This document shows positions 1 through 6,098 of a DNA stretch of 12,854 bases, piece by piece. Below the pieces are notes generated by a model. The model saw only the letters and a list, made by a program, of their open reading frames with translations, was not told where the DNA came from and did no database searches. Source of the stretch: a virus; IMG/VR virus record IMGVR_UViG_3300032331_003080, positions 1-12,854 of that record; one strand, 5' to 3'. The position numbers and the translations under genes were made by a program. Position 1 is the first letter of the stretch. Every line of letters begins with the position of its first letter.

Positions 1-179
1 AAGTGGTACACCTTGTCGTTGGGACGCACACGATCATTCCAACGACGGATCATGGCTTCATCCATCTCATCAGGATCAGTCCATGGACGCAATTTCACTT
101 CAGGATCGTCTGGGTGTGTGAACTTGCATACACCAGCGTGTCCAAAGTGTGTGTCACTGACTAAAAATACTGCTGGCAT
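1..179 (-). CDS. metallophosphoesterase (calcineurin-like), N-terminal 59 codons; continues past window start
   Basis: Below the ORF-track length cut-off. Hand translation from ATG 179..177: MPAVFLVSDTHFGHAGVCKFTHPDDPEVKLRPWTDPDEMDEAMIRRWNDRVRPNDKVYH. SDTHFGH matches phosphoesterase motif I. AAGGAG (191..186) lies 6 nt upstream of the ATG. Confidence 0.7.
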   Translation of the reverse strand, partial: MPAVFLVSDTHFGHAGVCKFTHPDDPEVKLRPWTDPDEMDEAMIRRWNDRVRPNDKVYH

Positions 180-189
180 ATCTTGCTCC

Positions 190-408
190 TTATACTTGTT
201 TTTTCTTCTTCACTCGTCCAATGCGATCAGCCTTGTTCCAATCATATGCAATGCCATCTGGGCATACGCCATTGCTCACTGCATCAACACCAAAGCGTCC
301 GCATATTTCAAAATCTTTTCCGTGGATCACCACAAAGGCATCCAGGGTTTTGGCATGAGTCATAGCGTCTGCTAGTGTGGTAAATTCTTGTTGTTCTATT
401 TTGTACAT
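190..408 (-). CDS. hypothetical 72-aa protein; candidate leaderless mRNA
   Basis: ORF track gives 190..414. The first ATG (414..412) abuts the -10 hexamer. The second ATG (408..406) begins 7 nt after the -10. No Shine-Dalgarno upstream. No recognisable family. Confidence 0.5.
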   Translation of the reverse strand: MYKIEQQEFTTLADAMTHAKTLDAFVVIHGKDFEICGRFGVDAVSNGVCPDGIAYDWNKADRIGRVKKKKQV

Positions 409-414
409 TTCCAT

Positions 415-443
415 ATTATAGCATTTTGGAAATATTTGGTCAA
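415..443 (-). promoter_or_regulatory. sigma70-type promoter P1 (class A): TTGACC-17 nt-TGcTATAAT
   Basis: Minus strand: -35 TTGACC at 443..438, -10 TATAAT at 420..415, 17-nt spacer, TGc extended -10 at 423..421. Belongs to a conserved block of about 37 nt shared with P7, P8 and P9. Confidence 0.7.
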
Positions 444-446
444 GTA

Positions 447-956
447 CTACTTATTACTTACTTCTTGCCAGGTATGATCGCCCATGTATCTTACCTGCAT
501 TAAGTACTGGTAATCTTCAGGAATGCCAGTAGACCAATCGGTTGGACCGTTATGTACTAGCAGTGTCTTTTCATGTCTTTTGTGCTGAACCAGCCAATAG
601 CATTTGCCCATTACAAGTTGAAAATTGTATTCTGCGGCATACACCGCATCAGTCACGTCAAGTCTGCGTTTGATATCTTGAGCTTGTTTTTCTAATACTG
701 CTACCAACTCCATGATACGATCATATTCTTGCTGGGCATACATCCTAGCATGATTGATCATTAGGTCTTTTTGTTGTTCGACTGGAACTAGATCAAACTT
801 GGGACCCGATGTGCTGGTAGCATATGGTGTTACATTGCGATTAAAAAAATGTACTAAGGTGTTGCCAGTAGTGACATCAAAACTATCTCGACCCTTGGCG
901 CTGTTTGATTGCTCAGAATCCCGCATGGTCCTTGTGACGTCGACGAGGTTCAACAT
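447..956 (-). CDS. hypothetical protein (about 160-169 aa)
   Basis: Long ORF, last gene of the P2 operon. Start is uncertain: ATG 956 has no SD and overlaps the omega-like gene by 44 nt; ATG 926 has AAGGA only 2-3 nt upstream. No family assigned with confidence. Confidence 0.65.
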   Translation of the reverse strand: MLNLVDVTRTMRDSEQSNSAKGRDSFDVTTGNTLVHFFNRNVTPYATSTSGPKFDLVPVEQQKDLMINHARMYAQQEYDRIMELVAVLEKQAQDIKRRLDVTDAVYAAEYNFQLVMGKCYWLVQHKRHEKTLLVHNGPTDWSTGIPEDYQYLMQVRYMGDHTWQEVSNK

Positions 957-1179
957 CTAGAGTCTTAGTAAGATATTCGCGACCAGTTTTTCCCTCTTCA
1001 ATTTCCTTGAGAGTGGTCAACATAACACCATGTTTGCAATTCACACGTGGACGATCACCACGGCTGATTTCTCTTGCTCTACGACTAGCAATCAAGATTA
1101 AATCGTATCTATTGCCCACAGCCTTGACTGCGTTTTGGCTAGTTAATCCTGCATATTCTTCATGTTCTAAATCAGTCAT
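913..1179 (-). CDS. rpoZ: RNA polymerase omega subunit (RpoZ)-like protein, 88 aa
   Basis: SQNAVKAVGNRYDLILIASRRAREI...TTLKEIEEG aligns with E. coli omega [25 protein letters not shown]...IALREIEEG (recalled from memory). AAAGGA lies 5 nt upstream of ATG 1179. There is an 8-nt overlap (ATGACTGA) with the upstream gene. Confidence 0.8.
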   Translation of the reverse strand: MTDLEHEEYAGLTSQNAVKAVGNRYDLILIASRRAREISRGDRPRVNCKHGVMLTTLKEIEEGKTGREYLTKTLDVEPRRRHKDHAGF

Positions 1180-1465
1180 CTTGGTCCTTTGTTGTTAATC
1201 CGTTTGAGTGTTTGTCACGCAACTGTTCTAAATCTTGGAACAGCCGTTTTTCTTGTGCTGTTAATCGATCCTTGTGCGTCTTGCGTGGATTACCGCACAA
1301 GTAACAGGCCGGATTACCACAGTCCATTGCACGATGCTTGGCATAACGATGTGGCGTCTTGATTTGAGCACCATGAGCCTGGGCAATTTTTACTTGCCTG
1401 GATATGGCCACATCCTTTTTATGCCTGCGTTTTGAATTTAGGTATCTGGCTAAATCGTTACTCAC
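1172..1465 (-). CDS. small basic Cys-containing protein (97 aa), possible zinc-binding
   Basis: GTG start at 1465..1463 with AAGGA 5 nt upstream. Lys/Arg/His-rich, contains CGNPACYLCGNP. First gene after promoter P2 and translationally coupled to the omega-like gene. Confidence 0.6.
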   Translation of the reverse strand: MSNDLARYLNSKRRHKKDVAISRQVKIAQAHGAQIKTPHRYAKHRAMDCGNPACYLCGNPRKTHKDRLTAQEKRLFQDLEQLRDKHSNGLTTKDQDD

Positions 1466-1488
1466 AGTGATCCTTTGTGTTGTTCAAC

Positions 1489-1517
1489 AGTATACACTCT
1501 ATACAGTACAATGTCAA
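1489..1517 (-). promoter_or_regulatory. sigma70-type promoter P2: TTGACA-17 nt-TATACT
   Basis: -35 TTGACA at 1517..1512, which contains the TGA stop of the hldD-like gene. -10 TATACT at 1494..1489. 17-nt spacer. Confidence 0.55.
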
Positions 1518-2278
1518 CCGTTTAGAGCTTGATACGTTCGAGTCATATCAGCACATGTGTACATTTGGTAACTGTTTTTTAAATTCTCAGGCATGGGTAT
1601 CTCGTCAATAGGCACACCAAATTGTTCGGCTACTTGTCGAAAACTTCGAGTTTTACCAGTTCCGATATTGAATATACCACTAACAGGCCTTGTGAGAAAT
1701 CTCAAGTGCATGGCCACAACATCTTGTACAGGAACAAAATCTCTAAGATAATTTTCACTACCTTCAAACACCCGTATTCTACCTGTTTCTTGTGCTTGTT
1801 TTGCAAATTGATGATAAGGACTTGCCTGTGTACCTTTGTGATCTTCTCCGGGACCGTACACATTGAAATATCTAAAACCTTGTACCGTGTTACCACCTTG
1901 GTGTCTAGTATGATGCCGCTCAAACAAATACTTGCTCCAGGCATAGGGTGTGCAAGGATCGGGCGGAGCATCTTCGTTAAAAGTACTAACCAACCCATAT
2001 ACACTGGCTGAACTAGAGTATTGTAAATTGACCCCAAATCGTTTACAGTCATCAAACAGTACGACACTAAAATCATAGTTTTGAGTAAACACTCGGTCCA
2101 CATCACGTTCGGTAGTTGAACTGATTGCACCCATGTGTATGACCCAGTCGTAGTCTATCACTCCTGGACACGGTCCGTCCGCCCATTCAAATGTATCAAC
2201 CTCATGTTCCATTCCGTTAAGAGCCTGTAACATATTGCTACCAATAAATCCTTGATGGCCTGTTAGTAATATTTTCAT
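1514..2278 (-). CDS. hldD: ADP-L-glycero-D-manno-heptose 6-epimerase-like SDR (short form, 254 aa)
   Basis: N-terminal GxxGxxG ([12 protein letters not shown]). [37 protein letters not shown] and [14 protein letters not shown] match E. coli HldD/RfaD blocks [37 protein letters not shown] and SGIFNLGTGRAESF (recalled). ATGA overlap with the cupin gene. Confidence 0.88.
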   Translation of the reverse strand: [254 protein letters not shown]

Positions 2279-2631
2279 TTTTGACTGTCTCCCGGTAACA
2301 CACGATAGTTGTCTTCTACTGAGTCCGGGGTCGACACTTCAATGATAGTGCCCTCTTCTAAACATATCAGTTGATGCGGTTGCAATGGTCTATTTCTCCA
2401 GGTAGTGCCCGGTTTAAGTATTGCATCATGCTGGCTGGCATCATTGGTTTCAATGAATACTACCTTGAACAAACCATCCAATACATACCATGATTCATCC
2501 TTCTCAGCATGGAAGTGCATGCTGAATCGAGCACCGGTATTGAATTTCATAAGTTTGCCACAGTACTTGTCGTTAGTGGCCCAAATCAATTCACTACCCC
2601 ATCCCTTTTCTACATATCCTTCTAATCTCAT
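2275..2631 (-). CDS. cupin-fold protein, type II phosphomannose-isomerase-like
   Basis: KGWGSELIWATNDKYCGKLMKFNTGARFSMHFHAEKDESWYVLDG fits the PMI/GMP type II cupin pattern (WG..E.....YxxK.l.v..G..lS.q.H..r.E.w.V..G). ATGA overlaps on both sides. Confidence 0.75.
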   Translation of the reverse strand: MRLEGYVEKGWGSELIWATNDKYCGKLMKFNTGARFSMHFHAEKDESWYVLDGLFKVVFIETNDASQHDAILKPGTTWRNRPLQPHQLICLEEGTIIEVSTPDSVEDNYRVLPGDSQK

Positions 2632-3386
2632 CGGATTTCCTCTAACGCAGGTGCATACACACCAAAGTGTTGTACAGTGACCGCACTGGCTCGGATTGCA
2701 AATTCTATTGCAGATTTCATACGTTTGGTCACCAGGTATTGATAGGCCAGTGCTGCCAAAAACGTGTCTCCGGCACCGGTCACATCTGAAACTTCTACGG
2801 TAACACCTGGATATTGATGTTCTGCACCATCTGAATAGTATACAGCACCATCACCGCCTTGTGTCACGATCAAATCAGTACAGCCACTGGTGATACGACT
2901 GTGTTCAAGTGCATTGATTTTTACAATGCATCTATCTAGTCTTGCTAGATCAGTTTTTTTGGTATCCACAAATACAGGACCAGAAAAATTCTGTTGTATT
3001 TGTTCTAGAACTTCATAGGTCACTGTGCCTTTGTTGTAGTCGCTCACAACCACGGCATCATACTCCTCAAAGATTTCGTTGAATACTACAGCAGGCTCAG
3101 ATTCAGCATCTGCGTCTATTCGCACTATGTGTTGTTTGCTACGCTGATCAATCAGTCTTGTTTTTACAGATGTATTACCGGTAATAACACCAACTGCACA
3201 GCCTAATCGTTCAAGGTTGGCTCTAACATTGGCAGCCATGCCGTGACGTTGTTCTTCATGGCTGACTTGGAAAATAGGAACAGGTGCTTCGGGACTGAGT
3301 CGATCCACTGTGCCGTAACGGTATATGTCCAGGCAGGTGTCACCGATTACTAATACTTTGAATTTTTTCTGTGGTTGAGAATCCAT
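2628..3386 (-). CDS. hldA: D-glycero-beta-D-manno-heptose-7-phosphate kinase-like (PfkB family; HldE domain I-like)
   Basis: KVLVIGDTCLDIY..G.VDRLSPEAPVPIF is the HldE/RfaE kinase-domain N-terminus. DVTGAGDTF is the PfkB signature. Shorter (252 aa) than the E. coli kinase domain. Confidence 0.82.
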   Translation of the reverse strand: MDSQPQKKFKVLVIGDTCLDIYRYGTVDRLSPEAPVPIFQVSHEEQRHGMAANVRANLERLGCAVGVITGNTSVKTRLIDQRSKQHIVRIDADAESEPAVVFNEIFEEYDAVVVSDYNKGTVTYEVLEQIQQNFSGPVFVDTKKTDLARLDRCIVKINALEHSRITSGCTDLIVTQGGDGAVYYSDGAEHQYPGVTVEVSDVTGAGDTFLAALAYQYLVTKRMKSAIEFAIRASAVTVQHFGVYAPALEEIR

Positions 3387-3732
3387 CTATTCTTTCAAAA
3401 AATACAATGCTTGAGCAAACTTCTGATCCCACAATAGCACGATCGCGATAGTCTGATCCTTTGACCATTATAGCACATTCTGCAACGATGTCAACAAGTT
3501 CCAGATCAGAATCAAATATCCTAACCTCATCTACCGAGCGTAGATTACTCAAGAGTTCTTGCCGTTCTGCTTGTGTATTTACAGGACGGCTCACGCCCTT
3601 CAATTCTTTTACTCGTCGATCAGAGTCAATGGCAACCACAAGATGGTCTCCTAGACTCCTGGCATACGTCAACAATTCTAGGTGTCCGGAATGTAAGATA
3701 TCAAATGTGCCGTTGACTATGATTCGTTTCAT
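3340..3732 (-). CDS. hldC: D-glycero-beta-D-manno-heptose-1-phosphate adenylyltransferase-like (HldE domain II-like cytidylyltransferase fold)
   Basis: NGTFDILHSGHLELLTYARSLGDHLVVAIDSDRRVKELKGVSRPVN...VKGSDY...GFSTTEKI parallels E. coli HldE domain II [46 protein letters not shown]...VKGGDY...GCSTTNII (recalled). The HxGH motif is present. Confidence 0.85.
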   Translation of the reverse strand: MKRIIVNGTFDILHSGHLELLTYARSLGDHLVVAIDSDRRVKELKGVSRPVNTQAERQELLSNLRSVDEVRIFDSDLELVDIVAECAIMVKGSDYRDRAIVGSEVCSSIVFFERIDGFSTTEKIQSISNR

Positions 3733-3860
3733 TAGATCTCTTCGTAGTCAGCTTTGAATCCACCACACTCAGGGCAAGGAAAGTCCTCAGGAAGATCTTC
3801 CCATTTGCCTTCTGTTTCTTCATCGTGTACATGACCACAAATTACGCATACGTGTTCCAT
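3732..3860 (-). CDS. rubredoxin-like protein, 42 aa (missed by ORF track)
   Basis: Hand translation: MEHVCVICGHVHDEETEGKWEDLPEDFPCPECGGFKADYEEI. Contains CxxCG...CPxCG. GGAGG lies 7 nt upstream. TAATG overlaps at both ends (3862..3858 and 3734..3730). Confidence 0.8.
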   Translation of the reverse strand: MEHVCVICGHVHDEETEGKWEDLPEDFPCPECGGFKADYEEI

Positions 3861-4309
3861 TATAGTGCCTCCAACTTTTGTTTGTAAAGATTTGCGTGAT
3901 GTTGCTCTACTCGTTGTAGTGCGGCAAAACGCTTTTCTGCTTTGGCCAACACAGCTCGGAACTGTTCAGCATGTTCGCGGCTTTCGTCAATTTGGTGCTG
4001 TGCTTCTCGAATAGCAGCCTCGTTGCCTTCGTTGTGCGCGGCGTTTTTCATGCGTGGATACATGTAAGTGAACTCTTCAGTTTCGCCCTCAATGGCTTTT
4101 TCCAAACATTCTCGAGTGGTTGGCTTGCCAACAAGCAATTCCAAATGTCCCCAGGCATGTTTGAGTTCTTGATCTGCTGTGTGTTCAAAGTGTTGGGCAA
4201 CATCTTCGTAACCTTCTTCGCGAGCAATACGTGCGAAGTAACGATATTTGATGTGAGCTTGTGACTCCCCAGCAAGTGCGCTTTCTAAATTTTTAATTGT
4301 AATTGACAT
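3860..4309 (-). CDS. rubrerythrin-type diiron (ferritin-like) protein lacking the fused rubredoxin domain
   Basis: LAGESQAHIKYRYF, EHTADQELKHA, IEGETEEFTYMYP and ESREHAEQF give two E...ExxH diiron motifs typical of rubrerythrin. AAGGAG lies 5 nt upstream of ATG 4309. Confidence 0.85.
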   Translation of the reverse strand: MSITIKNLESALAGESQAHIKYRYFARIAREEGYEDVAQHFEHTADQELKHAWGHLELLVGKPTTRECLEKAIEGETEEFTYMYPRMKNAAHNEGNEAAIREAQHQIDESREHAEQFRAVLAKAEKRFAALQRVEQHHANLYKQKLEAL

Positions 4310-4333
4310 ACATTCTCCTTATTAAGTAGTACT

Positions 4334-4363
4334 ATTATATATTATAGTAACAGCCTAAGTCAA
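4334..4363 (-). promoter_or_regulatory. sigma70-type promoter P3: TTGACT-18 nt-TATAAT
   Basis: -35 TTGACT at 4363..4358, -10 TATAAT at 4339..4334. A second TATAAT at 4346..4341 is too close to the -35. The leader AGTACTACTTAATAAGGAGAATGT runs to ATG 4309. Confidence 0.55.
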
Positions 4364-4408
4364 CGGGTTTTACCATTGTATTTTTTAATGATAGTAATAG
4401 ATTTTGCC

Positions 4409-4488
4409 TGGTACCCCTGCTTGGATTCGAACCAAGACCATGTACTCCCTTTTGAGGAGAGTGACTTTACCAATTTGTCTACAGGGGC
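4409..4488 (-). tRNA. tRNA with anticodon CAA (Leu by anticodon), atypical short variable region, CCA encoded
   Basis: Hand fold: acceptor GCCCCTG/CAGGGGT (G1:U72 wobble), D-arm GAC/GTC, anticodon arm CTCTC-CTCAAAA-GGGAG, 8-nt variable region, T-arm CTTGG-TTCGAAT-CCAAG, discriminator A, CCA. Confidence 0.65.
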
Positions 4489-4657
4489 AATAAATATTGT
4501 ATGAAGAACGATCCAGGATCAGTAGCACCGTTGTATAGAGAATTTTCTACAGAGCCCTATGAACCCCAGGTTCACGCTACCACTTGTTGTGTATTTACAT
4601 TAGATCCGTTGTTTATTGCCGCAGATTTAAAATTTCAACTTACTCCGTTATTGAACG

Positions 4658-4912
4658 TTAATCATCCCGAGATACTTGCCGTTCTCTGACCTTCATTCCA
4701 AACCAAGTGCCAACAAATGCACCTGCCAGGGCCGGGATCAAGGCCCAATGGTCAGCAGTATAATTGATAACTGCTATACTAGCAGTAAATGTCACAACCA
4801 TGCTCCAAAAGCTGGCGTGCCAGGGTCTATCATTCTGAATCGATTTTACAAAATACACGTAAATCAAATCAGTAAAGAATACTGCAAAAAATGTTACTGT
4901 GTATTCTAACAT
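4658..4912 (-). CDS. small membrane protein, about 3 predicted TM segments with charged C-terminus
   Basis: Hydrophobic stretches YTVTFFAVFFTDLIYVYFV, FWSMVVTFTASIAVINY and WALIPALAGAFVGTWFG. Tail is KVRERQVSRDD. Start is directly adjacent to the upstream stop (TAAATG). Confidence 0.6.
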   Translation of the reverse strand: MLEYTVTFFAVFFTDLIYVYFVKSIQNDRPWHASFWSMVVTFTASIAVINYTADHWALIPALAGAFVGTWFGMKVRERQVSRDD

Positions 4913-5143
4913 TTATTTTTTCTTTTCCAGTGGGGGTTCTTTGGTCTTGTCAAGTTCATGTGGCTCGGCAAATCTAGATTGGTTTCCCCAGGCTGCCCAA
5001 CTATCCTCAGTAAACAGTCGCACAGGTTTCCAAAAACGTACAATAATATTGTTAACCACAACAATACCGATTACAATCGAAATCAATGCTATCATTGTCA
5101 AAATGCTACCAGCTAGAAACGTTGCGGCGTGATCCATATCCAT
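4913..5143 (-). CDS. small single-pass membrane protein (76 aa)
   Basis: One TM segment (FLAGSILTMIALISIVIGIVVVNNIIV) and a Lys-rich C-terminus. AAGGAA lies 7 nt upstream of ATG 5143. Immediately downstream of tRNA-fMet. Confidence 0.6.
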   Translation of the reverse strand: MDMDHAATFLAGSILTMIALISIVIGIVVVNNIIVRFWKPVRLFTEDSWAAWGNQSRFAEPHELDKTKEPPLEKKK

Positions 5144-5164
5144 GAGTGTGTTCCTTATATGAGT

Positions 5165-5239
5165 TGGTTGCGGGGGAAGGATTCGAACCTCCGTCTTTCG
5201 GGTTATGAGCCCGATAGTCTACCACTGACGTACCCCGCG
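5165..5239 (-). tRNA. initiator tRNA-fMet (anticodon CAU), CCA encoded
   Basis: Sequence CGCGGGG...TCGGGCTCATAACCCGA...CCCCGCAACCA. It has the C1xA72 mismatch and three consecutive G:C pairs closing the anticodon stem, as in E. coli tRNA-fMet (recalled). T-arm GGAGG-TTCGAAT-CCTTC. Confidence 0.85.
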
Positions 5240-5243
5240 TTGT

Positions 5244-5272
5244 ATTATAACTTATTTACAGCTGATTGTCAA
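5244..5272 (-). promoter_or_regulatory. sigma70-type promoter P4 (class B, perfect consensus): TTGACA-17 nt-TATAAT
   Basis: -35 at 5272..5267, -10 at 5249..5244. The tRNA-fMet 5' end (5239) is the 5th nt after the -10. The TAA stop of the upstream CDS (5258..5256) lies inside the spacer. Confidence 0.72.
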
Positions 5273-5966
5273 TGTTTTCTAAAACATAGTCAGCAAATGC
5301 TTGATGTGCTGGTTCAAAAAAATGTCCCCAATCAGTATGGGGAAACTTTTGTTCTAAGCACCATTCGCAAAATTTAGTAGTACCAATTGGCCAATATCCA
5401 ACGTCGATAGTGCCTGGTATGCCCGCAAAACTATCAATGTTTATGATTTTTATATTTTGATTTTTTGCCAACATATTAACTGCAAGAATGTTTTTGAGTT
5501 TGTTTAATCTACCGCGCTGACCATCGCTTTCGTATGTAATCCAATATTTAGAAAAGTCAGCGTATGCATCAGCATCGGATATCATGCCACCAAGACGCTG
5601 TCCTTCTAGCATGACATGATTGCGAGTCACATTATTTAAAACAACATTTCCGTGAGTTACTGCCAACCAACGTTGTTGTTTTTCATACCATATTTCGGTT
5701 CTAGAATCGCCAGTCCAACAAGCAATCACAATGTCATCTTGATCTAGTTTTTGGCTTTCAAATATTCTAAACATAGCATCATTACTGCCTCCAGATATGG
5801 CGTGATTGCGGACTTCATATCCTAGGGCTTGTGCTATTTTAACTGGATAACTTTTGGTATATCCATACTCTTCTAAATTTTGTGATGATGGTAAATTCAA
5901 GCCTGGCTCTTTGTATATTTCGGCACCAGCCGCATGACTACACCCTAATATCAATGCTTTTTTCAT
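5256..5966 (-). CDS. SGNH/GDSL-like hydrolase-fold protein (putative)
   Basis: N-terminal LILGCSHAAG (block I-like, Ser present), ISGGSNDAMF (block III GxND-like), C-terminal EPAHQAF (His block). Distant paralog of 9342..10118. Confidence 0.6.
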   Translation of the reverse strand: MKKALILGCSHAAGAEIYKEPGLNLPSSQNLEEYGYTKSYPVKIAQALGYEVRNHAISGGSNDAMFRIFESQKLDQDDIVIACWTGDSRTEIWYEKQQRWLAVTHGNVVLNNVTRNHVMLEGQRLGGMISDADAYADFSKYWITYESDGQRGRLNKLKNILAVNMLAKNQNIKIINIDSFAGIPGTIDVGYWPIGTTKFCEWCLEQKFPHTDWGHFFEPAHQAFADYVLENIDNQL

Positions 5967-5971
5967 AATTT

Positions 5972-6060
5972 TGGCGGAAAGTATAGGAATCGAACCTATG
6001 CACCGTTATTCACAGTGATGGATTAGCAATCCATTGCCTTAACCACTCGGCCAACTTTCC
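5972..6060 (-). tRNA. tRNA-Ser (anticodon GCU), class II with long variable arm, CCA encoded
   Basis: Hand fold: GGAAAGT/ACTTTCC acceptor, ATGGA-TTGCTAA-TCCAT anticodon arm, variable arm CACTG-TGAATAA-CGGTG, T-arm ATAGG-TTCGATT-CCTAT, discriminator G. Confidence 0.9.
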
Positions 6061-6098
6061 TTTGTTTTCCAGTGTTAGATATTTAACTAAGTATTTTT

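Noticed and set aside
412-414. First ATG of ORF 190..414 as the start codon. The same conserved ATGGA occurs after the -10 of P7 and P8.
   Set aside because: It directly abuts the -10 hexamer and is part of the conserved promoter block, so it would lie upstream of the transcription start.
1702-2130. Alternative-frame minus-strand ORFs inside larger genes (1702..2130, 4048..4275, 12431..12619) and ORF 6920..7102 spanning tRNA-Gly.
   Set aside because: They are nested out of frame within genes that have clear family motifs (hldD-like, rubrerythrin, MazG-like), or they overlap a well-folded tRNA. They have no start signals.
4496-4524. Possible promoter for the Leu-anticodon tRNA (TACAAT at 4501..4496).
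   Set aside because: The sequence 17 nt upstream (TACTGA) is a poor -35. This is far weaker than the other promoters in the window.
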